This document shows, piece by piece, positions 1-13,489 of a DNA stretch of 64,000 nt. The DNA is from Vicugna vicugna. Lineage: Eukaryota. The stretch is from assembly GCA_013265495.1 (NCBI GenBank), contig MU058636.1, forward strand, positions 6,855,741 to 6,919,740, read 5' to 3'. Position 1 is the first letter of the stretch. Every line of letters begins with the position of its first letter. Under the pieces are notes generated by a model, which was given only the letters and a program-made list of their open reading frames with translations, did no database searches and had not been told where the DNA came from. Position numbers and translations under genes: made by a program.

Positions 1-509
1 GATATTCAACAATGTAAATAATGATGCAGTGGTTGGTAAATAAAAGTAAGTGGGCTTATGAGATAGAAAATGCCTACTTCGGCAAAGTAATTTGACTGTA
101 TCAAACTGAATTCCAGTTATTCCCTTATTTGTCCTGCAAGGAAATTTTCAGGGAACTCTTGAGGACAAGAGCTAATTCTTTGTAACTTGCACAGTGACTT
201 GAGTAGTAAGTGGGTAGAAGGATGTACAAGGTCTTCTTTTCTTGAGTTACGGACAGAATCTGTGGCCCTTGTGGGTAACAGGCTCCCGATTCCTTTTCAC
301 AGGATAATCATTGTGATTTAACTGCAGTCCTTTGAGTAGTCTTATGACTGATGTGAATCTGAACAGTGTCCCTTCTACATGAAGCTATTATTATTCATTG
401 GATTAGAACTGGACATTTATGATTTTTAAAGGGTTTAATTTAGAAGTAAAGTTTATTTGATTTTTTTATGGAACCATATTTACTAGTCTTTATGTCTTAA
501 TTTCAACAG

Positions 510-637
510 CATCACTGCAAAACTTGAAAGAGCTTTAGAAAAAGTTGCTCCTCTTCTTCGTGAAATTTTTGTAGACTTTGCCCCATTCCTATCTCGTACA
601 CTTCTTGGCAGTCATGGACAAGAGCTATTGATAGAAG
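510..637 (+). CDS. NBEA: Neurobeachin internal coding exon (128 nt, phase 2 to 1): (S)[42 protein letters not shown](G)
   Basis: Acceptor tttcaacag at 501-509, donor G|gtatga at 637/638, open frame. Peptide recognised as the NBEA/LRBA conserved block; [12 protein letters not shown] matches recalled NBEA rather than LRBA. Confidence 0.96.
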
Positions 638-1464
638 GTATGATTTCTCTCTCTATTCTAATTATTTTAGTTTCCTATAATGTATCTATTAATCATGGCA
701 TAACTTGTGCTACTAGAGGAATATGTATTGCCGAAAGAATATAAAGACATTGCTTCCACAAATTCCAGTAACATATACATATATGCTTTCTCCTTATTCA
801 TTTTTTAAAAATAGCATATTTGCACAGTCATTGCTAATAACAGAATGAAGAACTTTGAACAAGTGTTGGAATGGGAAGCTCTGGCCCTTGTAATCCCAGT
901 CTGTTAGGTGGGCTATATATCCTTCATTGGGGTGGCATGTTTACTAAGCAGTGATCTCTAAACTAACTTAAGAACCATGCATCTTTAAGTGACTTTTCTT
1001 ATTCACACATAACTCGTGTAATGTGAGAATCCTTAACTGAGAGCATGTAAAGAAATACTGATCTGGGAATTGATGAAACTGTTATCCTCCACTCAATAGC
1101 AGCTTAAATGGAGTGAGAAGGCAAAGAAGATAAATTAACTGTTGTGAAGATTTAATATATACACCTGTATTAGGAGCTTCGAAAATGATTATCTGAAGCC
1201 TTATTTCTTTAAAAAGAAGTTTTGTTTTATAAATAATCATGAGCTTCAGAAAGGGGTGATCACTATCTAGATGATCCTGTAAGTAATGGCTTTAGGTGCC
1301 ATTCCTTGGATTTAGCAGCCTTATATATATATATATATGTATGTATTTTTTGTTTTTCACTTCCTATTTACTGTAGAAATTTTTCTGTGTCTGTTCTTTT
1401 ATTTTCTCAACTGCTTTTACAAATATGTTTCTGTTAGGGGAGACAATAATAATGAATAACCTGA

Positions 1465-1640
1465 ATTTAAATCCCTGTTACATTACTTTCTTAGTTCTAG
1501 AATTTTGTGAGTTACTTAGCCATTTTGTAGCTTAGTTTCTAGTAAGATATGTCAATGATAATACCTCCCTCCAAGGGTTCTTGTGAGGATTAAATGGTAT
1601 AATACATAGAAAGCTCTTAGAACAGTGACACATGGTGGGC
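1465..1640 (+). mobile_element. MIR SINE fragment
   Basis: MIR core-like gagttacttagcc...ataatacctccctccaagggttcttgtgaggattaaatgg...aaagctcttagaacagtg. Confidence 0.8.
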
Positions 1641-1654
1641 TATCCATTTTTTTA

Positions 1655-1945
1655 ATACTGTGTTTCTGCTCCAGGCCAAGCACTATCTTAGCTACTTGGA
1701 ATATATTAGTAAATAACAAAGATCCCTGCCTTGGGAACCTTATATTCTATCAGAGACCGTAAACAAACATCAAGCAAAATAAATAATTAAATTATATAGC
1801 ATGTTAGAAGATGATAAATGCTAGGTAAAAGGATAAGTAAAACACAGGGGATTATAGAAATGGCAGGGTTGGTGATTAATTTTAAATAAACCAATAGTAA
1901 AAGTTACATCTCAGCAAAGACTTAAAGGAAGTGAGCCATACAGCT
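1655..1945 (-). mobile_element. L2 LINE 3' fragment
   Basis: Antisense L2 tail pattern: ccaagcactatcttagctacttggaatat...acaaagatccctgccttgggaaccttatattcta...tctcagcaaagacttaaaggaagtgag. Confidence 0.7.
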
Positions 1946-4104
1946 TACTAGAAGACCAAGAGGGTGGTTACTGCAGTGACTCTATAGCATGCGCTACCTT
2001 TATAATAAGAAAAATTCAATAAACATTATCAAAAAAAGTATCTCAAATATTGCCTTATTCCCTAAAAGTCTTTTTTCCCTATATTTATGTGTATATTTTC
2101 CAGAAATGATTTGACAGATTTACAGAAGAAATTCATAAGTAGTGAACAGAGACATGCTAAAATAAACACGGAATAAAGTTAGTAATGTAGTGATGTTAGT
2201 GATGGCTCCTGTACTGTTACTAAAACTGGGCCACAAATTCAGCACTAAGTTTTCCAGCAGCAAAACCAAGGAAGGAATTATTTGAAAATTGTTTGTGTGA
2301 CAGTTTTAAATTCTAAGGATTCACTGTCAAATGACTTTTTAACTGTTCTGTGTTGCTCAGTCAGAATCCCACATATGTAACCCTCTTTCCAAAATTTTCC
2401 GTGGCCAGACATCTGAGCTGTTTATTTCTTCCCAGCACTGCAGAGAGAAGGCAGGAGAAATAGCCTGGTGATTGAGAACTATTGTTCTTGGGCTTCCCTA
2501 AATTTGCCTCAAATACTCTGAATTGAGTTCAAAGAGAATTAAAAATATTCCTCTTAGATTTTTAGCAAGGTTTCTATGCTAAAAATGAAACAGTAGAACC
2601 AGTTATATATTGAAAATTCACTTTATGTTTGCTTGGCAGAATATAATTTAATTTTTTTCACTTTTCTGCATCCAAAGAATTTTAACATAACCTGTTTTTA
2701 AAACTATGTTGATGTAATGTTCATACCCCTTCTTTTTGTGTTAAAATGACTTTTCTTAATACAATGATGATGCAAATGGTTGATTTTTAGGTTTTGAATT
2801 TTGTTTTTTAAATGCCATTACTTGGCAAAATAGAAAGCTGACAACCTTAGGATATGGTCCTCTGAGTTTTTGCGAGGCCATACAGTCCAAAAATCTAGAA
2901 ACCTCAGCTGTGTACTAGAACGACATTCAGTATCCCTCACAGTTTAGTCATAACCCTTCCTTTTTGGACTCAGCTAGTCTTCAGACTCTTGCTATAGAAG
3001 ACATTCCTTTAACACGTGATGTTATGCGTTGTCACATTTCTTTGTTTTTGTACCACTCTTTCTTCTGGTTTGGATCTTTTTCCTTTTTTCTCTCGCCCAA
3101 ATTATTCTCATCCTTTGAGTCCGGCTTCAGGTTCCTTATGCTAAATTAATGCCTTCTCCTCTGTGCTCCTGTGCCATTTTTTAAATACAATATTAATAAA
3201 ATTATTTTTCACTTATAAATAGGAAGTATTTTTATCATTTTTATTAGCATTGTCTAGCTTCGATTCTGGTACATAATGTTGAGTATTTTTTCCTTGTACT
3301 TGACTAGAACATTATTTGTGTTACTGATGATGTTTGATAGAGGTAAGTTTTGAAAATAAGGGGAGATAGGCAAAATTTTTGTGTTCTGTGGTGAAAATTC
3401 CCCAAATTGGTCAATCATCCATACCCATGAGTTGGCTGCTGTCCTCATCCTAGGAGCATTCTTGCCCTCCACCCCTCCCTCTGGAAGTACATATCCTGTC
3501 ATGTTCTCATTCTTGAACGTGTACTCTTGATCATTCTCTCTTTTTCCCTCTGCTCCATTTCCCTTCTTTCCATAATTTGATACACTGTTCCTCTTCTCTG
3601 AGAAGAAAAATTGTCAAACTGTTGTGAAGAATCAGGAGATTGACATGAGAAAACTATCTTTACACTAGCTGTGGAATATTTCTGTTTAAAAATAGTGCTG
3701 CTGATGAACAAATCTCATTGCTTTTGATTCTATCATACATTTACGTATGGTAGGAACAAAACTGGATTTATGTAACTGAAGATATTTTAATGTCTTATGA
3801 GAAGAGAAGGCAATTACTCTTAATTTCAAGTAATCATAAAATGTATTTGAATTGCATCTTTATTTGTAGTTTTATATTTAGTTTTTCTTAATTTACACAT
3901 GTATCCATTTGTTTTTTCTTCCAGAATAATTAATTATTGTTAGTTTATATTGTCTGTGTCCTTTAAAACACATACTAAAATAATGTCCTTCCATTTTCTT
4001 GATTTATATTTGTAGTGATTATTGGTACTTTTTTTTATAAAACTATTGCATAATGATGGGTAAAATCAGTTTGTAATTACTGATATTCTAATTATTTTAT
4101 CCCA

Positions 4105-5075
4105 TGTTCTTGAAATCAGGATTCTCACTGAACGAATGAGGTCCAGATGTAAAGTAGAAAAGATTAAGTGAAAGCATTTAGTTCTGAATTTGAACTGAAC
4201 ATTATAAAAGCTGCATTATTATGTACATTCATGCACACACACACATACACACACGTTCACGTATATACTCTAGCTCTGTCTACTGTTTTACATAGAAACG
4301 ATGACCAAGTCAATAGCAGTGAGCACACCTACAGTCCAGATTGTAGTCTTGAAATATCATTTACCACTGAGAGAAACCAGAGCTCGTTGGAGAAATGGAT
4401 GATTTCAAGGCTAAGACAAGAGTATTCATGATTTGCTTGCAACACTTGGTGATACCGTAAAACCAAGGAAGACATCAAATACTGTCAAAAAGACTCAGGG
4501 GCTAACTTAAGATGCTCTTATTTGTTAAAGATGGAGCATTTAGAGCATCAGCGAGTATAGTAACTGCAATGCATTAAACTCATGACATGTTTAATTCCAT
4601 GAATCATAAGAAAAGGTTTTTAAATGATTTGTTTGAATTTCAAGGATAGAGAACCAACTCATTATTTTGAAAACTCATCAATAAAAGGAAAGATTTATCT
4701 TGCCATTCCTGTGTAAGCTCCGTCATTTCTGTTATCAAATCACTAGTGATAGGGGAGGGTATAGTTCAGTGGTTCATGCTTAACATACATGAGGTCCTGG
4801 GTTCAATCCCCAGTACCTCCATAAAAGAAAAAAAAAGTTAATTAAATAACCTAGTTACCTGCCCCCCCCACAAAAAAAACTAAATAAAAATAACAAAAAA
4901 AGAAACTAGTGAAGGATGCTTTCTCTTTATAGAAATATAAATATATCCGATAAATGGTGGAGGGATTTTTGAGTTGTATTAGTGCCTTTTAGCATCCACT
5001 CAGGAATTAACAGATGGCATCAATTGCTGCTAACATCACAGAAAGAGAGACACTAGACAATCAGATGGGGAAAAC
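4105..5075 (+). mobile_element. Old L1 3' UTR fragment (L1MD-like), interrupted by a SINE
   Basis: ctagctctgtctactg...agcagtgagcacacctacagtccagattgtagtcttgaaatatcatttaccactgagagaaaccagagctcgttggagaaatgg resembles the L1MD/L1MC 3' end. Confidence 0.65.
4752..4904 (+). mobile_element. tRNA-Ala-derived SINE, camelid Vic-1-like
   Basis: GGGGAGGGTATAGTTCAGTGG head, B box GGTTCAATCCC, AGTACCTCC, A-rich linker, TTACCT plus C-run, A-rich tail; partial TSD ACTAGTGA at 4742-4749 and 4905-4912. Confidence 0.85.
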
Positions 5076-5184
5076 ACCATCATCCATCCAGACTGACTAT
5101 ATGTCTGCTTCTACAGATATACATACATATATAGACACATTTTGTATATCTGTGTTACATTTTGTAAAATTATTTTTAATGTGT

Positions 5185-5835
5185 TTATGGAGAAAGTTAT
5201 AAAAACTTTAATGGCATTAAAGGCATAAATAATGGTGAACTGTTTGTTCGTGATAGGAAGATGGTGTCACAAAGAAGTAGATTCTGTCCATGATTACCCA
5301 TCAATTTCCAAAAAATTTTAATTTCAAAAAAATCTCAGGTTATTTTTAAGGAACTTGATGAGTTTTCTCTTAAATTTCTATAGTTGAATGAAAGATTGAG
5401 AATAACCAAGATAATTTTGAAGTTGGACAAGCTGCTGTAATTTAAAAAGTGTTGTAATGGCCCAGAGATAGACAGATGACTGTGTAAGAATAAATATCCA
5501 GATGCCACACACACAGTAACATCATGTGATCATGTTGCCATTGCAAAGAGAGAGAAATAATGGGATGAGTGCACATAGGTTAATTGGGTTTCATGCTGTT
5601 AATTAAAAAAGAAAAAGTGGAACTCCTTCCTTCCTTAATACGTAAAACATCACTACTGAAATGGTTGCAAAAGCAAAACTTCAAAAGTTATAGAAAAAGA
5701 AAATATAGCAAAATATCTGTACTGCCAGAGACAGGAAATATTTAACTAGATACAAAAGCATAAAATGTAGAGATTGATAAATCTGATATTAAAATTATTT
5801 TGGTTTATCAAAAGAAACCATTAAAAAGTGAAAAG
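5185..5835 (+). mobile_element. Degenerate L1 ORF2 3' fragment (L1M/L1ME-like)
   Basis: gaacttgatgag...aaatttctatag...gaataaccaagataattttgaag and agattgataaatctga...tcaaaagaaaccattaaaaagtgaaaagg follow L1 ORF2 order. Confidence 0.7.
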
Positions 5836-5839
5836 GTAG

Positions 5840-6430
5840 TGCCGTCAGCAAGATAGTGAATTAGGAAGGTCCAGACCCTCATTCCCCCACAGAAATACTG
5901 AATAAACCACAATATATTGACAAAAAAGAGCTTTACTAAAACTCTAGAAGCAAATTAAGAACCTGCAGCAAACAGGCAAAACCTGAAAATGGTTGGAAAT
6001 TCTAAGACATTTTGTTTGCCTTGTGCCATCTCTTCCCCAGTGCAGTATGGTACACCTGGTCAGGAGGAAATCACTGAATTTCCACTTCCTCCCTTGGAAT
6101 GGAAGGGATAAAGTGCAAGTTCCTTGCAGCATTCTAGGTTTCCTACTGGTTGCCCGCAGGACTAATTTCTGTCTTGCCTATCTCAAAGTACTAATAAGAA
6201 TGGAGGCAGAGTTTCCATGCTAGATTAAAGGCTGCTGAAAGAAATGGCAGGCAGCGTGACCTATTAGAGCTGCAGGAGGCCTGCAGACCTGTGGGTGATT
6301 GCGAGCAGGGATTTATGGGAAAAGGTTTGAGGGACTCTCAGCCTTTAAGCCTGGCTAGTTAGGGACCGTCTTCCCCTATGCAAAGACAGTTCTTAAAGAC
6401 TGGGACAGGTGGCTTTTTTCAAACAGTTTT
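5840..6430 (+). mobile_element. Old L1 5' UTR fragment (L1M-type)
   Basis: Begins cagcaagatagtgaattaggaaggtccagaccctc (CAAGATGGC-type L1 5' start); ends aaagactgggacaggtggctttttttcaaac. Confidence 0.6.
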
Positions 6431-7317
6431 TATAGAGGGGTCAAATTTTTTCCAGATTTTTTTCAAAATTCTTGACCCTTGTATAGAAGCATTTGGTTGA
6501 TGTTTGTTCCAATTCTAGCCAAAATCTTCAAGGGTGGTATTTTTATTATAAAATTCTCAAACAATTAAAATTATATTATAGTCTTCAAAAATATTTACTA
6601 TGTAAGTTTCTATAACTTTTATTCCTTACTTTTGAAAGCAGTGTTAATATAAATAATACTTAGGCTTTTTTTCTGTTCTTGAAATCAGACTAACAAATCA
6701 CTTTTTGAAAATAAAAAATAACGGTTTAGTTAACTATCTTTATATTCTCTCTTTTGCTCATAAGTGTTGAAATAATTACTTTTAGTCTAAATTCTCTTAT
6801 TTAAATTGATGTAATAAGTGTATCTCATCCATGAAAATATGGTGCTATGGCAGTGTTACATCCTAAATTTCTAATCAATAAGAATAAATGTATGAACTGG
6901 ATTCTGTGAGTCAAATGATCATTAAAGATTATTGATGTAAAAATATTATATTTTTTATGCTAACAGTTCTGATTTTTCAGTTTCAGTCTTGCTAACTCCT
7001 GGCAGTATCCTATAATGAATGTATTTAAAATACTATATATATGATTAATTTCCATATCACTTCTGAGAGGTGACAGAGCAGTAGTCACCTATTAAAAGTC
7101 ACTGCTGTTAAAACTTCATTATAAGAGTAGCAATGGACGTGATAACTGTGCTTATGTTTAGTGACTACCTGAGACATTGAAAAATACTTTGTGTGTTTAA
7201 AGTTTCAATTTTTACACAAATTTAACTAAGTTTTAATGCACAAGATGATGGTCTCACCTTAAGGAATTAGAAAAAGAATTTAGGTAAGTCCTACTCTAGG
7301 CATAGATGAATAATCTG

Positions 7318-7340
7318 ACAACAACAACAACAACAACAAC
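7318..7340. repeat. (ACA)n microsatellite, about 7 units
   Basis: Direct reading; source of the poly-Cys in ORF 7291..7551. Confidence 0.9.
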
Positions 7341-7840
7341 ACTTTAGGAGAAATTGTACATAAGGAGTTAACCATAATTTGAAACTCATTCTTAAAGAAT
7401 AAAAAAAAATGTAGTTCTCAATGTGACACACTCCAACTGTATATTTCATTGAGTTATTTGGCCCTTTGAATGCTAACATGAATAAATACCAGTTTTCTCT
7501 GTGTTTTACAGAGACCTGATTAATAAAAAAGAATTGAATAAAGTCTACCATGTAAAATGGGTGCTCTCCATTTCTTTCACATTTGACTAATTATTGCTAC
7601 CTAACATCAAGTTGTGAATTAAGAGTCTAACACCAGTTACCTTATGCAGGAAGGTACACAAGCTCTATATTCTCAAGTTTTATCTATTACAAAATTGAAT
7701 TATGAGCAACTTCTACAGATTTTCATACTTAATATTTTTATTTTTAGTGAATTTTGTATACAATGCAAATTTTTGTTTTAAGGAATTCAGCATTTCTCTT
7801 TGCTCTCTGGATTTATCTTAAATCCAGAAGTACTCTAGAG

Positions 7841-8031
7841 CAAGGTTCTGCAAACATTCTCCTTAAAATCTAGATTGTTTGTGGATCAAAAAAACAGTCT
7901 CTGTCACTTGTCCTTTGTTTTGTGTGTTGTTTTGTTTTTACTATTCTTTAACAGTGTAAAATCTGTTCCTAGCTTACTGGCCATGCAGAATAAAGCAGCA
8001 GGTTGTATCTGGCTGTAGTTTGCCACCCCAG
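7841..8031. mobile_element. hAT-Charlie MITE, MER58-like
   Basis: Termini caaggttctgcaaac and gtttgccaccccag; flanks ctctagag and gtgtagac fit the hAT NTCTAGAN target. Confidence 0.7.
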
Positions 8032-9454
8032 TGTAGACTAAGAGATAATGGCATCATCAAAAGAACAATTAAATTTAGATACTACTGATAACAGTAGTAT
8101 TTTTTTTCCACTTAAGTGACTGTGGTTATTTTTCTATATGATGGTGCAAGTTGAAAGTCTCATATAGTATCGGTAATTCCTTTCTATACTAATTACTCTC
8201 AAGGTGTTCCTTAGCAAATGGTTATAGGAAGACATTTTTCTCTTATTGTATTCATTGCATGGTATCCTGGATACCTGTTCTCCTTGAAAACTTTGTTTAA
8301 AACAATAGGTTTCATTTCTTTTAGCTGCGAACCAGGCTCAACTGGTATAATTTTCCAACCAACCATGATTCAATGGTCTGTTGCTTAAGATTGATCTATG
8401 TTGACTGCAGAAAGCATTTCTTTTCCTGTTTTTGATGATTACTTTTGGTAAATTTTGTTTAACTGCCACTTAGGAACCGTTGTCCATTTTTTTTGCATAA
8501 TTTTGCCTAAGCAGCACTGTGTGTCCTTAGTTTATAAAGTTGTTACTAGTGATGTTATTTTAAGAAAATGTTCACAAACGTGTACCAGTGATATTTTGTT
8601 TCACATCCCACATTTTTGGAAATGATAGGTACATTTTTGCATTAGGGGGAAAATACTTCACATACTGTGCTAAATCTCAAAAAATTTAGGAATTTATAAT
8701 CAACCATTTTTACTCAAGTAAAATATTTTGTGTGTAATTTAAAATTTTTTATCTTTCTAAATTATTCTTTAGAGGTATTTGTTAGTATATAAACAGATGA
8801 TCACCTGAATTATTACAAATATGATAGTTAAATGATGTTTTATCAAAGGCTCTCATTACAATTTTCAAATAGCTGCTGAAGATTTTTAGATACTTGAGTT
8901 TGGGTTGTCAGAATGTGAACAGATTGTAGTATAACATAAGTTTAACTAAAGAAACAATCCTTCAGAAATGACATCTTCAAAAAGCATTTTTTCATATGAA
9001 TCAGCAGAGTGGAAAAGGGATGCCTGATTGATTAGCTATATCACTTGACTCATCATGACAGTCTGTGCTTTACAAATTGTGACAGCCAGATGGCTTTTAT
9101 ATAAAAATTACAATCTAATGTGAAGAACAGAACATCCTTGAATATCTGTTACACAGTATACTGTATGTGTTTAAGGATTTATTTTAAATGCATAAGATCC
9201 CATTTGCCTTCTCTATGCTTCCAAAAATGGGGAGGTCAAATTAAAATCCATGAGATGATGAGAGTGTTTAGTCAAGAGTAACATTTCTTTAATAATCTAG
9301 GTTGAATATGATGTCTGCATAGGCTATTAACAGGAACAGGAATTAAGGGGTAGTGGCATAATGTTTTGAAGGAACATTTATTCTCAAGGTTTTCCTTAGT
9401 AAATGGATTTATTTTTCCAGTTTTTGTCATGATAGAATAACATGGAGTGGACTT

Positions 9455-11830
9455 GCCCTCCAAGTGTAACTAAATTGAAAAATTCATTTGATGGATTTAA
9501 TGGCTTATTATACAGTGATTAAGACAATAACAGTGAACTAGAAGGCATAGAATGGCATTTTTACAAACTGAAGTAGGAAAAACCAATTAAATAAATAAAA
9601 AGATAACAGAGGCACAGGAGTCTATATGATAAATCAAGTAGTTTAACATTCATGGAATTGGAGTCCAAGAAGGAGGTTAAGACAATATGTGTGTAGTATT
9701 TTTTGAAGAAATAATAGCCAAATAACTTGAAAACTATAAATCCTAAGATCCAAGAATTCAACTAACTGCAAGCAGGATTGACACAAAGAAAAAAATTCCA
9801 TGGAACATCATAATTACACTGTTCAAAACCAGCATTCAAGAGAAAAATCTCAAAAAGTAGTCAGCAACGTTAAGCAAGGCAACAGCTCATTTAAAAATGA
9901 TTTGAACAGATAGTTCACCAAAGATCACACTACTATGACAAATAAGCACAGAAAAAGATGGTCAACATCATTACTAGTAGGTAACTGCAAATTAAAACCA
10001 TCATGACTCAACATCACGAACAAATGAGAATGGCTAAACTTTAAAACAAAATATATACTACTACCAAATGCTCAGGAGAATTTGGAGCCACTGGCACTCT
10101 CATCCATGGCTTTGAGAATGCAAAATGGCGGTTACTGAGGAAAATGATTTGGAAGTTTCTTATGGAGTTAAGCATTCACTTACCATGTGACCCAGTAATC
10201 CCATTCCTTGATATTTTCCCTAGAGAAATGAAAACTTATCTTCTCACAGAAAGCTGTAGTTGAATGTTCATAGCAGCTTTTATTTGTGATAGCCCAGAGC
10301 TGGAGAAACTCAAATGTCTTTCAGTGAGTAAAAGAATAGGCTATGGTGCATTCAGACAGCAGAAAAAAGGAGCAATCTATTGATAAGCCTTACGACTTGG
10401 ATGAATCTCAACGTTATTGTGTGGAAGAAAAGCTCATATCAAGGGTGGTATCTGTTATGTTTCCCTTTTGGGGACATTTTCAAAGCAGATCAGTGGTGGC
10501 CAGGGTTTATAGGCAGGAGGGGGTGTCACTGTAAAGGAATAGTACAAGGGATTCCTTGGGATGATGATGATACATAAATCAGTACATGTGCTAAATCTCA
10601 TAGAGTTCACAAAGTAAAAAAGTGTGTTCACTTGTAATTATTTAAAATTTAAAAATTTTAAATTGCTGTCAAAGGAAAAAATACATTACTTACAAAAATA
10701 AAATTATCATCAACCTTTAGTCAGAAATTATGCAAACCAGAAAATAATGGGATGTCTTTCAAGTGTTGATAGAAAAGACTTTAAACCTGAAATTTTTATC
10801 CAGTGAAAATATTCTTCAAAAATGAAGGGGAAATGACGACTTTTTCAGACAACAAAAGAGGATAAAATTCATTACCACCACAGCTGAACCTTAAGAACTG
10901 TCAAAAGGAATCCTTTAAGCAGGGGGTTAATGATACTAGTTGAAAACTTAAATTCACACAAAAGAGGTTGCAAAAAATAGTTAATATATGGATACATATG
11001 AAATATTTTCTCATTATTAATTGATGCAGGAGAAACATTTATTAAAATTCAATACTCATTCATGATAAAGCCTTTGAGAAAAATAGGTCCCAAAGAGAAC
11101 AAAACTTAACCTAAAATTTATATCTATGAAAAACCAAAAACTAATGTCATACTTAATGAAAAAGCAAATGAGATTGGGGGTAAGGGAAGGATTACGCCTC
11201 ACACCACTTGAACTCAACATTTTACTGGAGGATCTAAGTACTGCAGTAAGGCAAGAAATAAAAATAAAAGAGAAACAGATTGAAGAGGAGGAAGTAAAAC
11301 TTTTTAATTGCAGTTGAAATTATCATGTATGTGGAAAATCCTAAGAGTCACATGCTTTACTGGTTCAGAACATAAAATGGTACAACTTTGAAAACTAGTT
11401 TGGCAATGTTTTATAATTAATAAACATTCATTTAAAATTTGACCCAGAAATTCCACTACTGTTATTATTCAAGGAAAATGCAAACATATATATATATATA
11501 TACATAAAGACTTATACAAAATTTCACAGCAATATTCATAATAACCACAAAATGGAAAAACCATTCATCAAAAAATGAGAAGATAAACAAATGCTTATGT
11601 TCATATGACAGATTGCTGCCCAGCAATATAAATAAATAAAACTACTGATACTCATAGCCAAACGCATGGATTTCAGAAACATTTTGCAAGAGAAGCCTGG
11701 CTCACACGAGTTCATATTGTATGATTTCATTTTTATAAAGCACTGTCACAGAAGAAATCTTTTTTATAGTGTACAGGACAGAGGTTGTCTGGGTCTAGGG
11801 GTATAGAGAAGGTTGAGTAGGAATAGCTTT
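9455..11830 (+). mobile_element. Fragmented old L1: ORF1 (9455-9865, 10665-11000), RT region (11010-11345), 3' end (11355-11830)
   Basis: ORF1-like aagatccaagaattcaac...agcaggattgacacaaagaaa and tatccagtgaaaatattcttcaaaaatgaagggg; ORF 11126..11317 contains LNILLEDLSTAVRQEIKIK, similar to L1 RT FNIVLEVLARAIRQEKEIK. Confidence 0.85.
9870..10660 (+). mobile_element. L1ME-like 3' end nested within the ORF1 fragment
   Basis: aataagcacagaaaaagatggtcaacatcatta...gcaaattaaaacca...taccatgtgacccagtaatcccattcct; ORF1 sequence resumes after it. Confidence 0.8.
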
Positions 11831-13489
11831 TTGTATTGACCTAATTGATGAGCATCTTGTCCAAATTACTTTCTTCCTTACAAATAAGTGGAAGTTAAGT
11901 TGTACAAAAAAACTCAGAAATGTTTACTAAGGATAGATGTTAACAAAGATTTTTCCATCACAGATAACTTCTAACATGAAAACAATATCCTCTAAAAGTA
12001 GAAATCTTACTTTTTCATCATAAATAAAACATTTTCAAACTGCACAGTTTGTATTTCAATATGGAAATCTCCTTTGAGCCAATAAAGATGATTAACACAA
12101 GAACATGATCCGTCAAGAAGAATGATTTTACTAACGCCCTCAAACCAATGTTATTTTTTCATTCATAAAATCATTATGATTCTTATCATATACTCATTGA
12201 CCAACTGAGCTGGAACTGTATTCCGGCAGTCTAATATAAAATCAAGCACTGATGAAAAGTCAGAGAAACCTTATTTACTAGAAGGATTTACTTAATATAG
12301 TATATGTAGTAAGTCAAGGATACTGGTATATATACTATACTACATTAAGTGTTCTGTGGTATACTGTAGAAATACAGTCAGAGGTAACACATCATCCCCT
12401 CGTCTCCCAGAAGAGAAATTAGAAGTAAAGCATACAGGAATGCATCTCTTCAGAAATAGGAGATATGAATAACAGTGTATAAATCAAGAGTAGACCAGGA
12501 AATTGAGTATCCTTAGCCAAAACATATAGCCCGAGATTAAACATGGGGACACCTTTTAAACATGTAGAAGAATATTTTGGGGAAGAAACACACCCTGGAT
12601 ACTTTAATTAGGAAGTTTTAAAGTACAAGAAAGCTGTGAACTGTTATAGATCAAGGGACACTAAAAAGATGACAACTAAATAAATGTAGTGCATAATCTT
12701 TGTGTCTTGGATTAAAACAGAAGTTTAAAAAAAAAAGTAGATTATCCTGAATGTATTTAGTAGCTGACAGCTCTCTTTGTCCTTCCTTAAGTTGCTCTAA
12801 GGCAAATCCACATTTTTTTTAAATTGAATTCTGATCATTTTAGGTATGAACTATGTTATAAATTTTTTTTAAATTTTAGAATATTAAATTACATACTGAG
12901 AACAAACTTGAGTATTACTTATTGTTTCCTTCTATTTTAATAGATTTGTAGAAAGCATGCACTCCCAGTAGTTACAGGGGAACTAAAGCTTCTGTAGCCC
13001 ATGGTGTCAGGGATATATGAGGAAGATGGAGACACCTGTGTATAAAACTCAACTAGTTATGAACAAAATTCCTGCCTAAGAACAAATGACTGCTGTTTTA
13101 AATTATGGAACAGCAGCATCTGGGAATGGGGCTAGCAATACAGGGACAGTGTGCTTGCCCCATGTACATATCCTGTGTGTTGTTTGGTAGAATGATTGAT
13201 CCAAGTAATGAAACAGAAGTTAATTCATGGATTATTTATACAATCCTTCATTTTACTTAATTATAGAACCAACAAATGTAAAGCCTTACATGCATTTCAG
13301 CAATACTTTTTATATGTATGTATCAGATAAATTAGAATTTTCCCTTAGTGATGTATAGGTTTTATACGTTATAGCTAGGAAATTCAATGAAATCAGTTTA
13401 TTTCTAGTCATAGAAGAATATGAGGAATTCAGAGAAGTCTTTACGTAATTGAATTCTTTTTTAATGATCATAAATGCTTTCTATTTACC

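Noticed and set aside
4752..4821. tRNA-Ala-like gene (also at 55866-55939)
   Set aside because: Has SINE extensions, A-rich tails, TSDs and disrupted stems; these are SINE heads, not tRNA genes
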